A DNA stretch of 64,000 bases from Candidatus Saccharimonadota bacterium (GCA_035329105.1 DAOLHK010000002.1:5557-69556); one strand, 5' to 3'; shown: positions 1-10,262, numbered from the stretch's first letter. Made by a program: numbers and translations. The notes: a model not told the origin generated them from the letters alone.

Positions 1-232
1 TGCTAAAACAGCAATAACAGCTATAATATCTACTCCAAATTTTTTATGAAGGATATCGTATAAGATATCTTTTATTTCTGGGATTATTCCTACGACACAA
101 ATGACAATTATGAGCCAATGGCTATATTGTATATTGCCAACCAAATAAAACACCCTGGCTACAAATAAACCTACTAATACAAATATAAGCCAACCATATC
201 TAGATACAAATTTGATAAAATTTTTGCCCATT
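1..232 (-). CDS. N-terminal fragment of a membrane protein; the gene runs off the left edge of the window
   Basis: ATG (reverse complement of 'cat' at 230-232) opens a hydrophobic reading frame (MGKNFIKFVSRYGWLIFVLVGLFVARVFYLV...) that continues to position 1. It is too short for the ORF track. The function is unknown. Confidence 0.3.
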
Positions 233-293
233 TATATCTATGATACAACACTCAAGCATAAAAATTATTATCTAAACTTGGGCTTACTACAAA

Positions 294-2669
294 TTAGCTG
301 GTGCGGACACTTTTTTGATGCAAAATATGTTTTATCCAATAAACTAAAGCATCTGATAGTTTAAAGTGAACGGCTGCTTTTTGTGCAACTGCACCAGCAA
401 GGGCAAATACTATGGCGAAGATAATGTATTTGATAGGTAAGGGCGATATACCGAAAAATCTAGCTATACTTTCATTACTATTAAAGAATATAAGTATCAG
501 AGCTATCACTCCAAATGATCCCAATATAAACATGCTCTGCAGTCGATCCTTTATAACCCCCATAGCTTCTGGTATGAGATATATCGTAAAAATACTCATT
601 ATGACAAAAACACTATATGCAACCATAGCAAGTTGTACTGTACCATTATTAATCACTATGCTTCCGGTATAGTATGTGACTAAAGTAGTAAGTGCGATGA
701 TAGCAGCATTTACTATTGAAAAGGGTAAAGTTCTTTGGAGGAATGGCTTGTCATATATACTTCTGATTCTATTGCGCGGCCAAGCACCCCAAAGTATTAT
801 TGGAAAACCAATAATAAAGAGATTTAGAAGAGTAATATTGCGTGGAGTGAATGGATAATTAATGCCCATCAGTAGAGTACCGAAGATCAAAAAAACACCT
901 GTCCAAACTCTACTAAAAAATAAACTGGCTATCATCTCTAGAGTAGTAATAATACTATCTGACAATTCTATAGCTTTGGGAATAGTTGTAAATGAGTTAT
1001 CTAAAAGCACAATGTCTGCTATTTGCCTGCTTGCAGAAGAGCCAGAAAACATCGCAATACCCACATCTGCCATTTTGATAGCCAATGCATCGTTTGCGCC
1101 ATCTCCCACCATAGCAGTCAAACCTATACTTTGAGATGCTTTTACAATCCTTTCTTTTTGACTAGGAAGTATTCTAGCGAATAAGGGCTGTTTTCGAATG
1201 GCTAGTTTTAGCTCGGATTCTGTCATAGCCTCTACTTGTCCTCCTGTAATCACCTTGTTGCTATGATTGATGCTGGCCCTATCCGCAATTGCACTCACAG
1301 TCTTTGAGCTATCTCCCGAGACGACCAATAGCTGCAAGCCTCTTTTTTGAAGAAATCTTACTACTTCTTTACTAGATTCCTTGAGTGGATTGTCCATTAC
1401 AATGAGCCCTCTTACCTCCATATCTTTTAGGCTTGCAGGATTGTCTAAACTTCCGAGTTTAGCGATAACTACCAACAACACTCTTTGGGCTTGCTTGCTA
1501 TAGAACTTTACCTTGGCTTGGGTCCAATCTTTTTGGCTTTTACTAAGACCAGACAAAAAATATTCACTAGCTCCAATGAATACTTTTTCCTTAGTATCTC
1601 TTACTTCAAAAGCAGCATATTTACGCTCAGAAGAAAATGGTAAGAAATCTGCAATTTTTATGGAATTAGATTTTTTAAATTCTGCCCTGAGCGCTTTGAT
1701 TACTGCAGTTGCTGCTGATTCTTTATAAATATAGGTAGATATTAGATTGACTAGATTGTTTATACCATCTGGATTGTCATGATAGCACTCTAGCTTATCA
1801 AAAATAGGCTTATCCTCAGTAAGCGTACCGGTCTTGTCTAGACAAACAATCGACGCTCTACCTATGTTTTCTATGGCATTGATTTGCTGCAATAATACTT
1901 TTTTTCTACTCATTCTTATAGCTCCATAAGTGAAGAAAACTGTACTGGCTAAGATTAGTCCTTCGGCTATGATAGTAGCTGCAATAGCGGCTATTTGCTT
2001 GATGGCGCTGACTAATGTTTCGGAATTGATAAATGACCTCACCAAGATGATTAGTGCAATTACCACCAGTACTATTGCCATGAGCTGGATAAATTTCAAC
2101 ATACTTTTCTGAATAGGCGATAAGTTGCGTTGATACCTCTTCAAGCTTTGAGTCATAACAGTTATATAGCTTTCACTCTTAGGTTTACGCGCAACTAGTT
2201 TGGCGCTACCAGCCACAATAATGCTCCCGGCTAGCAATGTGTCTCCTACTCGCTTAGATATATTATTAGATTCTCCGCTCAACAAAGCTTCATTGCATTC
2301 GCACATTTCTGAATTTCGAATCACTCCATCTACTGGTACTTGATCACCGAGATTTAGCTGTATTATGTCTCCAGGTTTAATGTCTTCAGAATATACTGTA
2401 TAACTTTTCTTACCTCTTGATATCTTGTACTTCGAAGCTGTTGAGATTTGCAGTTTTTCTAAAGCAATTTTTGAACGAATCTCTTGGATAATCCCGATAA
2501 AAATATTCACAATTATAACTACTGCTAAAAATAGGCCATCTCTTAGATCCCCCAGTATAATTAGAAGTATTGAAAGACCGCCAATTATTACAACGACAAG
2601 TGAGAATATATTGCGCCACAAAATCGGTCCCAGATCTTTTAATAATGACCTAAATAAAGATTTTTTCAT
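294..2669 (-). CDS. cation-transporting P-type ATPase
   Basis: 791 aa. Carries the phosphorylation motif DKTGTLT (CLDKTGTLTEDKP) and the hinge motif GDGANDA (MVGDGANDALAIKMADVGIAM). About 8-10 hydrophobic segments. Confidence 0.85.
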   Translation of the reverse strand: MKKSLFRSLLKDLGPILWRNIFSLVVVIIGGLSILLIILGDLRDGLFLAVVIIVNIFIGIIQEIRSKIALEKLQISTASKYKISRGKKSYTVYSEDIKPGDIIQLNLGDQVPVDGVIRNSEMCECNEALLSGESNNISKRVGDTLLAGSIIVAGSAKLVARKPKSESYITVMTQSLKRYQRNLSPIQKSMLKFIQLMAIVLVVIALIILVRSFINSETLVSAIKQIAAIAATIIAEGLILASTVFFTYGAIRMSRKKVLLQQINAIENIGRASIVCLDKTGTLTEDKPIFDKLECYHDNPDGINNLVNLISTYIYKESAATAVIKALRAEFKKSNSIKIADFLPFSSERKYAAFEVRDTKEKVFIGASEYFLSGLSKSQKDWTQAKVKFYSKQAQRVLLVVIAKLGSLDNPASLKDMEVRGLIVMDNPLKESSKEVVRFLQKRGLQLLVVSGDSSKTVSAIADRASINHSNKVITGGQVEAMTESELKLAIRKQPLFARILPSQKERIVKASQSIGLTAMVGDGANDALAIKMADVGIAMFSGSSASRQIADIVLLDNSFTTIPKAIELSDSIITTLEMIASLFFSRVWTGVFLIFGTLLMGINYPFTPRNITLLNLFIIGFPIILWGAWPRNRIRSIYDKPFLQRTLPFSIVNAAIIALTTLVTYYTGSIVINNGTVQLAMVAYSVFVIMSIFTIYLIPEAMGVIKDRLQSMFILGSFGVIALILIFFNSNESIARFFGISPLPIKYIIFAIVFALAGAVAQKAAVHFKLSDALVYWIKHILHQKSVRTS

Positions 2670-2797
2670 TATGTTTATTATACTACCCTATCATCATAGC
2701 GTTGTTATTTTAATACCTATACTGTGATTTAGATAAATACAGTAAAAGAATCTAAATTTAAAATAAAAACAGATACTGTGTGCAAATGAACCTAGTC

Positions 2798-3349
2798 TTA
2801 AATTTTATTCTCTATCTCCTTACAAAGTATTTCAACAGACTTAAAATACCTTTTTGGTGTAAGTGTCTTTGCTACATCAAAAAGTGGTAGTACTTTGTCT
2901 TTGGTCTCCTGAATCTTTCGTTTGCGCTTCTCTGATGTTACATCTTCTAAGGTTCTAAGATTGTGTAATCTATCTGCCAGCTTACATACCACTGCTCTCC
3001 AAGAGTTGACAGTTGCAAATCTTTGCCAATAATCATCGTCACTCAGACCCTTTTCTTTGCTCATATACTTCACATCCATCGCTACTTCATAACCAAAGTT
3101 GAGTTCTAGTCTTTTGACTCGCATGATAAATGAATCTTCGATAATATCATGCAATAAAGCTGTGCAAATTAATTGCCAATCATAGATATGCAACTCAGAA
3201 AACAAAATCCACGCTACTGCACGTGGATGTTCAAAATATCTTCGACCATCGGCTCTGTTTTGACCTCTATGAGCGTACTTGCTAAAAAAATATGCGGCTT
3301 CTATCTGCTCCATCTCATAATCAGAAAAGTAAGGTTGCATTTGAGCCAT
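2798..3349 (-). CDS. stand-alone HD-domain (p)ppGpp hydrolase (SpoT/RelA-type small alarmone hydrolase)
   Basis: 183 aa. Shows the HRGQ...R..G.PY..HP and LLHDIIED motifs and the LADRLHNLRTL motif typical of the RelA/SpoT hydrolase domain. Confidence 0.7.
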   Translation of the reverse strand: MAQMQPYFSDYEMEQIEAAYFFSKYAHRGQNRADGRRYFEHPRAVAWILFSELHIYDWQLICTALLHDIIEDSFIMRVKRLELNFGYEVAMDVKYMSKEKGLSDDDYWQRFATVNSWRAVVCKLADRLHNLRTLEDVTSEKRKRKIQETKDKVLPLFDVAKTLTPKRYFKSVEILCKEIENKI

Positions 3350-3430
3350 GAACTCATCTCTATTTATTACTAGATAAGGATTGTTATTAGCCAGATAGAC
3401 TCCTCTCTTAATATTGATTGTACAATTATT

Positions 3431-4636
3431 CTACTTATAATATCTACCAATAAAGTCTTTTTTGTACTTATAGAACGACTGATCTTCGATAGATTTACGG
3501 ATATTGTCTACTATGTTGTTGATAAAGAACAGATTATGTATAGTTAGAAGTGTAGCAAATAATATCTCAGATGACTTAATAAGGTGGTGAAGATAAGCTA
3601 GTGAGAAATTCTGGCAGGTGTAGCATTTACAATCTTTATCTATAGGCTCGAACATAGTCCGATAGGAGCTGGTCGAGATATTCTTGCGACCTTCGGGTGT
3701 ATATACAGAACCATTGCGTGCAATGCGTGTTGGACTTACACAGTCAAATGTATCTATCCCATTCTCTATCCCGTCGAAGAGATCAGATGGCTCTCCGATG
3801 CCCAACAAATGTCTAGGCTTTTCTTCAGGCAATTCTTCGCAGACCCACTTTACTGCCGTACCCATATCTGATTTGTTAAAACTTCCCCCTATACCAAATC
3901 CATCAAAATCTAGTTTGGCCAATTCTCTTGCACTAAGCCTTCGTAAATCTTCATGCCTGCCACCCTGCACAACACCAAAAAGACTAATATATGACTTATC
4001 TTTTTTTGATAACTTCTGATGCTCACTTAAACATCTTTTGGCCCATTCATAAGTGCGCCCCCAAGCTCTTCGTTGATATTCATAATCTGCTAGAGGAGAT
4101 GTGCATTCGTCGAATGCAAATATAATATCGGCACCAAGCTTGTGTTGTATTTGCATCGATTTCTCAGGCGTTAGCCGAAGATGTCTACCGTCAATATGCG
4201 AGTAGAAGCTTACACCATCATCATCTATCTTGGCTTTTTTGGCATTGCTTATCCTCTGATCTTGACTATCTTCAAGCATGGCTTCTCCGCTAGTAACTTT
4301 TCCAACTCCCTTACCGAAAGCCGCGCCAAGACTAAATACTTGAAATCCGCCCGAATCAGTATATATAGGACCCTGCCAGTTCATAAACTCATGCAGTCCT
4401 TTTGACTGATATACGATATCTTCACCTGGTCTAAGATACAGATGATAAGTATTTGCTAAGACTGCTTGTGATTTGGTGCTCTTTACTTGCTCCGGTGAGA
4501 GCGCCTTGACTGTGGCAGCTGTACCTACAGTAATAAATGCAGGGGTATTAATGACGCCATGAGGTGTACTTAATATCCCGGTTCTGGCTAATGTACCGTC
4601 TAGTCTTTGATTTAACTTAAAAGTCATTTTTTTCAT
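3431..4636 (-). CDS. tgt: queuine tRNA-ribosyltransferase
   Basis: Canonical TGT N-terminus MKKMTFKLNQRLDGTLARTGILSTPHGVINTPAFI, the DSGGFQ motif, and the C-terminal zinc site CKCYTCQNFSLAYLHHL. The track ORF extends to 4927, but that 97-aa extension overlaps the plus-strand gene at 4737 and has no homology signal. I chose the internal ATG. Confidence 0.8.
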   Translation of the reverse strand: MKKMTFKLNQRLDGTLARTGILSTPHGVINTPAFITVGTAATVKALSPEQVKSTKSQAVLANTYHLYLRPGEDIVYQSKGLHEFMNWQGPIYTDSGGFQVFSLGAAFGKGVGKVTSGEAMLEDSQDQRISNAKKAKIDDDGVSFYSHIDGRHLRLTPEKSMQIQHKLGADIIFAFDECTSPLADYEYQRRAWGRTYEWAKRCLSEHQKLSKKDKSYISLFGVVQGGRHEDLRRLSARELAKLDFDGFGIGGSFNKSDMGTAVKWVCEELPEEKPRHLLGIGEPSDLFDGIENGIDTFDCVSPTRIARNGSVYTPEGRKNISTSSYRTMFEPIDKDCKCYTCQNFSLAYLHHLIKSSEILFATLLTIHNLFFINNIVDNIRKSIEDQSFYKYKKDFIGRYYK

Positions 4637-4736
4637 ATAAGGTATTATATAGTATCCTAGTTCAATAATATTTGCAGCATAACAATCTTTTGGTTTATAC
4701 TTAAAACAAATAACTAATTTAGGAGTTTTAAGTAAG

Positions 4737-5276
4737 ATGGATTCAAGCGTAGTATCAATTAGTAGAAGTTCACTATTATTAAGGGGCCTGGTAAATGTAA
4801 TCTTTGGAGCAATAGTATTTTCGTGGCCAGGATTGACGGTATACCTTCTTGTCATATTATTTGCAATTAATATTATTGTCATCGGAGCCATGGAATTGTT
4901 TAAGCCATTCGTCCAAAAAAATACCAATCACGCAATTTTAACTTTCTTACTAGGATTACTTGGTATGGTAGTTGGATTTTACTTACTAGGCAGACCAGAA
5001 CTTACAGTAGAAGTACTAAGTCTAGTTATTGCATTCTGGGCAGTCCTGTTTGGTATAAGTGACTTGTTTGTCGGATTTGCAGACTCTAAGACTAGCGGTG
5101 GCTATAGATTTTTATTCGTAATCGTAGGTATACTTTCACTGATGTTCGGTGGATATCTCATATTTTACCCAGTTGCTACCTTAGTATCATTTGTATGGAT
5201 ACTTGGTCTGTACGCAATAATTACTGGTGCTATGTATATAGTCGGTAGTTTTTTCATGCCAAAAGCAAAGAAATAG
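4737..5276 (+). CDS. HdeD/DUF308-like integral membrane protein (paralog 1)
   Basis: 179 aa, 6 TM segments, with the repeated W-P-G-L-T-V-Y motif pattern. Tandem paralog of the next gene. Confidence 0.5.
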   Translation: MDSSVVSISRSSLLLRGLVNVIFGAIVFSWPGLTVYLLVILFAINIIVIGAMELFKPFVQKNTNHAILTFLLGLLGMVVGFYLLGRPELTVEVLSLVIAFWAVLFGISDLFVGFADSKTSGGYRFLFVIVGILSLMFGGYLIFYPVATLVSFVWILGLYAIITGAMYIVGSFFMPKAKK

Positions 5277-5295
5277 CAACTATTTATCCTAAGCT

Positions 5296-5856
5296 ATGGA
5301 ACTACTACTTACACCTTCAAGGAGTGCTTTGGCATGGAGAGGCTTGTCGAATGCATTGCTTGGAATAATACTACTGGCCTGGCCACAAATCACTGTTTAT
5401 GTAGTAATCCTATTCTTTTCTTTAAACCTTATTATTGTCGGGTTGTACTCAGTAATTGAACCACTTTTCAATAAGCGTAATCCTCATGCTATTATGTCTA
5501 TAGCGCTAGGCATACTAGGAGTGACTTTTGGTGTCTACTTGATAATCAGGCCTGAGTTCGCAGCTGGGCTAGTTGGTTTGCTACTTTCTTTCTGGGCATT
5601 GTTGTTTGGTATATTTGACATATCTGTTAGTGTCAAAGCCTTGAAGCTCAAGCTCCACTTTGCTTGGGTCTATCTGCTTATAGGTATTGTATCTGTATTG
5701 TTCGGCCTATTCATGCTATTAAACCCCGTGAGTGGAGTACTTACAATAGTATGGTTGTTTGGTCTGTATGCTATGATTATAGGTATCACACTTCTTCTAA
5801 TGGGTATTCTCATGAGGCCTGTGAGTATAAAAGCTAAATCAGGAGTAAAAAAATGA
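5296..5856 (+). CDS. HdeD/DUF308-like integral membrane protein (paralog 2)
   Basis: 186 aa. Clearly alignable with the 4737 gene (LAWRGLSNALLGIILLAWPQITVYVVILF versus LLLRGLVNVIFGAIVFSWPGLTVYLLVILF). Confidence 0.5.
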   Translation: MELLLTPSRSALAWRGLSNALLGIILLAWPQITVYVVILFFSLNLIIVGLYSVIEPLFNKRNPHAIMSIALGILGVTFGVYLIIRPEFAAGLVGLLLSFWALLFGIFDISVSVKALKLKLHFAWVYLLIGIVSVLFGLFMLLNPVSGVLTIVWLFGLYAMIIGITLLLMGILMRPVSIKAKSGVKK

Positions 5857-6821
5857 GTCCAACTAAGTCACGCAATACTCAACCAAATAAATGGTTAGTA
5901 AGAATAGCTATAATACTACTGTGTATAAGTATTTTTTTACTACCATATCTAACTGTTACTAAGTCTCTGATAACAAATGCGCAAAATACCATCAATCTGC
6001 TCAAGAAAGCCAAAACATTTGAGTACACCGCAGAAATTGCAAAAAGCGAAATTCAAAGTAGACTACCTGAGAAAGTCAAACAAAACCTGATAGAACAATC
6101 TATTATCAATAAGATAGTGGATGTCATCATTACCCCCCAATTGATTCAAAATATCTCAGAACCAGCTATCAAACTAGCAATAAAACAACTACAAGAAGAC
6201 CCCAAGCTGAGCTTAGATAATCAAAAGATTGAACTCGATGTAGTGCCTTACAAGCAAAATCTCGGTAATTATGTATCTTCTCTAGGATTGCCGGATGGTA
6301 TCAAGGAATCTGCCAATAATTTCTCCCAATCTCTGCCTGACAAAATAGCAATAGTAGATATAGACAAGAACCCTAATAACCCATTGTTAATACTTATAAA
6401 GCTAAGAAGGCTGTACAACAACATCTTGCTTGCAAACAATATACTCTGGGTAGTTCTAGCGATTAGTGCCCTCTCACTGGTGGCGCTGTTGTATAAAAAT
6501 GTCTTGCGACTAGGTAAGCTAGTAGGCAAATCCTTGGTAGTAGTAGGTATTATAGTGATAATTTTTAGCTATTTAACACCACCTGCATTGAGCTTATTTG
6601 TACCAAATAACCTCACAGAATCAAGTGGCTCAGAGGTAGCAGCACTAATCAACGAGCTTGATACGCAATACTTTGCTATGACACAAGTATATGGCTGGTG
6701 GTATATTGGAATTGGCGCAATCATACTACTGATAGTCTGGTATATCAGAAACTTTGGTTTCAAATTTGACATCAAAGAACTAAAGCATTACTTCAAGATC
6801 AAATTTAAACAAAATAAATAG
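5853..6821 (+). CDS. hypothetical membrane protein
   Basis: 322 aa. N-terminal signal anchor and C-terminal TM segments. Shares an ATGA overlap with the upstream gene. Confidence 0.4.
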   Translation: MSPTKSRNTQPNKWLVRIAIILLCISIFLLPYLTVTKSLITNAQNTINLLKKAKTFEYTAEIAKSEIQSRLPEKVKQNLIEQSIINKIVDVIITPQLIQNISEPAIKLAIKQLQEDPKLSLDNQKIELDVVPYKQNLGNYVSSLGLPDGIKESANNFSQSLPDKIAIVDIDKNPNNPLLILIKLRRLYNNILLANNILWVVLAISALSLVALLYKNVLRLGKLVGKSLVVVGIIVIIFSYLTPPALSLFVPNNLTESSGSEVAALINELDTQYFAMTQVYGWWYIGIGAIILLIVWYIRNFGFKFDIKELKHYFKIKFKQNK

Positions 6822-6878
6822 AAATTTGATTTCATGGTATAATATAGATAAGTAAAAAATAAGTAAAGGAGTCAAAAA

Positions 6879-7277
6879 ATGGCAAAAAATAATAACGTAT
6901 CAAGTATGGTGGGTTGGTCCGTTTTTGCCGGAGTACTGATGGTACTTGGCGGTATGTTCCAAGCAATCGTGGGACTCATGGCAATCGCCAAAGATCAAGT
7001 CTACTTTGTAGGACCCTATACAATTGCATCATTAGACATTACACAATGGGGATGGGTGCATCTTATTGTAGCTCTACTCGTAATGTTGGCTGGATTTTCA
7101 GTACTTAAAGGCAATATGTATGGTCGAGTAGTCGGTGTATTGCTAGCTATGATCAGCGCAGTAGTAAATATGCTATTCTTGCCTGCATATCCCATATGGT
7201 CGTTGATAGTAATCGTAATTGATATAGTCATCATCTACTCACTAATAGTTTATGGGGGCGAGCTCAAAGAAGCCTAA
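6879..7277 (+). CDS. small 4-TM membrane protein
   Basis: 132 aa and hydrophobic. A rho-independent terminator follows it. Confidence 0.4.
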   Translation: MAKNNNVSSMVGWSVFAGVLMVLGGMFQAIVGLMAIAKDQVYFVGPYTIASLDITQWGWVHLIVALLVMLAGFSVLKGNMYGRVVGVLLAMISAVVNMLFLPAYPIWSLIVIVIDIVIIYSLIVYGGELKEA

Positions 7278-7298
7278 TGCTGTAGCCTATCTTCTAGA

Positions 7299-7327
7299 AA
7301 CACCTCTTATCAAAGAGGTGTTTTTTG
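7299..7327 (+). terminator. rho-independent terminator
   Basis: aaacacctctt-atca-aagaggtgtttttt: a 9-bp GC-containing stem followed by a T-run. Confidence 0.6.
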
Positions 7328-7385
7328 TTTGCTAAAATTCATTGCTGTATATATTTATGCCCTTAAAAGAGTTATAATTGTCCAC

Positions 7386-8522
7386 ATGACATTAACAAGT
7401 AAAATTTTTGCTACTATCAATAGAATAATGCCAAAAAGAAATAAGGGAATTGTTCCACCTGAGGCAGAGAAAGAGGTAGGATACATACTAGAAGATATGA
7501 GATCTAAGGTGTTTTTTGGTATTGTATTTTTCATACTTGGGGTCTTGCTTTTTATCACCCTAAGACCATATCTGAGTGCCGTTGTACTAGCTATACTCGT
7601 AGCTGCACTTATCCACCCTATATATGTACGCATGCAACGTAAACTCAAATGGTCGCCAAGAATTATCACTGGCATAATTGTAGTAGTATTATTGTTGATA
7701 GCCATAGGTCTAGTGTTTTTCATCGGTCGTACTCTAGTGCAAGAGGCAATATCATTGAGTAGCTCAATCAATGAATACATCAATAGTGGCCAGGTGGTAG
7801 AATTGCAAAATAAGATACAAGAGTCACTCAAACTCAATGGAGTTGAAGGACAAGATATCGGTAGATTTACTACCTCTATCTTGCAACAGGCTAGCGGACA
7901 ACTTGCAAATTTTGCTGCGGGATTTATTCAGAATAGTTTTGCATTCTTTGTCAGTGTGACTATATTTTTGGCAGGACTAGTGCTTCTAATCCCTCGAATG
8001 AGCAGTATCAAGAAGATGGCTGTAGATATTTCTCCGCTCGGACCAACGATTACTAGAGACTATATTGATAAGACTAGATTGCTACTAAGAGGAGCTGTAG
8101 TGGGGTCATTCTTTATCAGCCTCACAGCGTCTACGCTTATGGGCATTACATTTTGGCTCCTTGGGGTTGAGAATGCAATGTTATTTACTGTACTGGCTTT
8201 CTTCCTGGGCTTTATTCCCTACTTAGGTACTACAATATTTACATTTGGTGCAGCAATAATTTTTGCACTTATGGGTGATTATACTAGTGCAATTATTATA
8301 CTTCTCTTGCAGCTTCTGATCCTAAATCAGCTAGATTTAGTCTTCCGACCGATTTCTATGCCCAAAAAGGTACGCATTCACCCAGCTCTCATGATAATTG
8401 CAGTACTTGCGGGGATAGCGAGTTTTGGTATGATAGGTATAATCTTCGGACCAACTATACTGGTGCTATTTATTAGTTCAATTCAAATATATCAACAAAA
8501 TTACGGCAATGATGTAAGCTAA
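7386..8522 (+). CDS. AI-2E family (PerM/UPF0118) transporter
   Basis: About 8 TM segments and the conserved GFIPYLGTTIF motif region. The track start at 7329 would overlap the terminator, so the true start is uncertain; 7386 and 7428 are alternatives. Confidence 0.6.
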   Translation: MTLTSKIFATINRIMPKRNKGIVPPEAEKEVGYILEDMRSKVFFGIVFFILGVLLFITLRPYLSAVVLAILVAALIHPIYVRMQRKLKWSPRIITGIIVVVLLLIAIGLVFFIGRTLVQEAISLSSSINEYINSGQVVELQNKIQESLKLNGVEGQDIGRFTTSILQQASGQLANFAAGFIQNSFAFFVSVTIFLAGLVLLIPRMSSIKKMAVDISPLGPTITRDYIDKTRLLLRGAVVGSFFISLTASTLMGITFWLLGVENAMLFTVLAFFLGFIPYLGTTIFTFGAAIIFALMGDYTSAIIILLLQLLILNQLDLVFRPISMPKKVRIHPALMIIAVLAGIASFGMIGIIFGPTILVLFISSIQIYQQNYGNDVS

Positions 8523-8542
8523 ATCGCTGCATGATTATGGCC

Positions 8543-9223
8543 TCAGGCTTTGATGCCAAAAACCCCAAATCCTCTTATCAGTAAATAAACACCAAATACT
8601 ATCAGTAGTGATAGCGTAATTTCTCTCATGTGTCGGTTGATAAATAGCTTGAGTGATTTAAGAATAGATTCTGATTTTTTTGGTAGCAAGAGGTAGATTA
8701 CTAGAGGTGTGACAATCATCAGTAGAGTAATTATTATTGATATTAAAAGCAGTAACAACTTTTCTGCAGATTCCAGGCTCGAATCAGCTATATCTTTGAT
8801 AGATGGTACAAAAAGTACCAGGGTAGAGAAGTTGGTAATCATTAGTGCTATTCCTAAACCTACGATTTTACCAAATCCTTCAGTGTGTTTTATATCATCT
8901 TTTACTGGTCTGGTGGTTTTTTGCTTGGGCTTGAGTATTAGATGCACCGCTAGTCCCAACAACACAATGCCTGCTAATAAGTCTATCCAAGAAGTTATGA
9001 TATTGTTCTTGGGCATAATATCTATTTTGGAAAATAAAAATATTCCTGGTATCCCTAAGACTAATAATGGAATTGTAGTACCTATTAGGTATATGAATCC
9101 TCTAGTTCTAGTTTTAGTAGTACTAGTGGCTAGGACTGTAATCATACCTGTAGTAGCTACTGGACTGATAGCTGCACCAAGTAGAAGTGGTAGTATCTGC
9201 AAAAACACTGTGTACATATTCAT
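8543..9223 (-). CDS. integral membrane protein (6 TM; possibly a LysE/Sap-like exporter)
   Basis: 226 aa, hydrophobic, with no diagnostic motif. Confidence 0.4.
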   Translation of the reverse strand: MNMYTVFLQILPLLLGAAISPVATTGMITVLATSTTKTRTRGFIYLIGTTIPLLVLGIPGIFLFSKIDIMPKNNIITSWIDLLAGIVLLGLAVHLILKPKQKTTRPVKDDIKHTEGFGKIVGLGIALMITNFSTLVLFVPSIKDIADSSLESAEKLLLLLISIIITLLMIVTPLVIYLLLPKKSESILKSLKLFINRHMREITLSLLIVFGVYLLIRGFGVFGIKA

Positions 9224-9292
9224 AGTGCTTATAATAACATTTTATTGACAAAAGCTTAAGCTTAATAGGCCATACTTTGCATTTATAAATCA

Positions 9293-9321
9293 TTGACATT
9301 AACGGCATAAGCGTGTATCAT
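9293..9321 (+). promoter_or_regulatory. sigma-70-like promoter (TTGACA - 17 nt - TATCAT)
   Basis: Consensus -35 hexamer at 9293-9298, a 17-nt spacer, and a -10 hexamer at 9316-9321. It points toward the GNAT gene. Confidence 0.45.
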
Positions 9322-9461
9322 ACGATGTGCTATGAATCAAATTAGCCATACAACTCCAAATTCATCAAACCATTATCTTGTACGTAAACAAGGTTGGTTT
9401 ATGTTTGCTATGGCTCATTTGCACTCTCGATAGTTTTTTAATTTTTTATTATACGCAATGA

Positions 9462-9488
9462 GCCTCCGAAACGGAGGCATTTTTGATT
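9462..9488 (+). terminator. intrinsic-terminator-like hairpin inside the GNAT leader (possible attenuator or sRNA 3' end)
   Basis: gcctccg-aaac-cggaggc followed by atttttgatt. Confidence 0.45.
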
Positions 9489-9551
9489 CAAAAAACGCAC
9501 ATTTTACATTGTTGTAAACCTGTTTCTGAGGCTCTTTGGGTGTAATAACCC

Positions 9552-9572
9552 CTAGACAATGACCTTGTCTAG
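9552..9572 (+). promoter_or_regulatory. perfect 8-bp inverted repeat (ctagacaa-N5-ttgtctag), operator-like, 25 nt upstream of the GNAT start
   Basis: The palindrome is visible directly in the sequence. Confidence 0.35.
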
Positions 9573-9596
9573 CCCTCTACAGAAAAGAGTGAGACC

Positions 9597-10262
9597 ATGT
9601 TTGGTTTCCCCATGCGCACCATCACAGATAAGGGTGCTCACATCGTCATGAGGCCTTATCGGCCGGATGAGATGGAGCAAGTTGCAAAACTCATCTCTAG
9701 CTACAGGATAGCTCGTACACTCAGCTTGACCGGCTCACAAACTGTTCAGCAAGAACAGGGCTGGTTCGAGCATATCAGTACATCGCAAGATAGTGTGCAT
9801 TGGGCTATCTGCTGGGCAACTGATGAGCGTGATACGACTGGTATTCCTATCGGCACCTCTGTGCTCGAAAATGTGCGAGGCTTGAGAGCCACAAGCGGAG
9901 TGGTGATTTATGACCCCACCGCTTGGAGCCAAGGTATTGCAACGGCTGCGCATAAAGCTCGTTGTTACTATGCAGACCATGTAATGGGTCTCAATGCTAT
10001 TGATAGCGATGCACTACGCAGTAATCGGGGTAGCATCAATGCACTGTGTCGAGTCGGCTACCAGATCGTAGGCACTCGATACGGCATGCACCACCTGGAT
10101 GGCCATACTGAACACCTCGAGCTACTCTTGTGGGTAAACCCAAATGAACGCAACTGGAACTACTTCTGGGGTGACAGCGATGTTCCTCAAAAGTTCATTG
10201 GTAGCCGTAAGCTCGCTCGCAAGGCTCTTGACTGGGCTGCTGAGAATGTAACGCTTCTGTAG
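9597..10262 (+). CDS. GNAT family N-acetyltransferase (foreign, moderately GC-rich gene)
   Basis: 221 aa. The GNAT motif A region reads WSQGIATAAHKARCYYADHVMGLNAIDSDALRSNRGSINALCRVGYQIVG. GC is visibly higher than the flanks. Confidence 0.7.
   Translation: MFGFPMRTITDKGAHIVMRPYRPDEMEQVAKLISSYRIARTLSLTGSQTVQQEQGWFEHISTSQDSVHWAICWATDERDTTGIPIGTSVLENVRGLRATSGVVIYDPTAWSQGIATAAHKARCYYADHVMGLNAIDSDALRSNRGSINALCRVGYQIVGTRYGMHHLDGHTEHLELLLWVNPNERNWNYFWGDSDVPQKFIGSRKLARKALDWAAENVTLL

Noticed and set aside
412-2112. Plus-strand ORFs of 60-90 aa inside the P-type ATPase gene (412-672, 676-858, 862-1134, 1513-1728, 1930-2112)
   Set aside because: They are antisense to a well-supported long CDS and are low-complexity translations. 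Similar antisense ORFs inside smc, leuS, alaS, pcrA, pyk and others were rejected for the same reason.
3431-4927. A 498-aa tgt with a 97-aa N-terminal extension
   Set aside because: The extension overlaps the plus-strand DUF308 gene (from 4737) and has no TGT homology. The canonical TGT N-terminus begins at the internal ATG at 4636.
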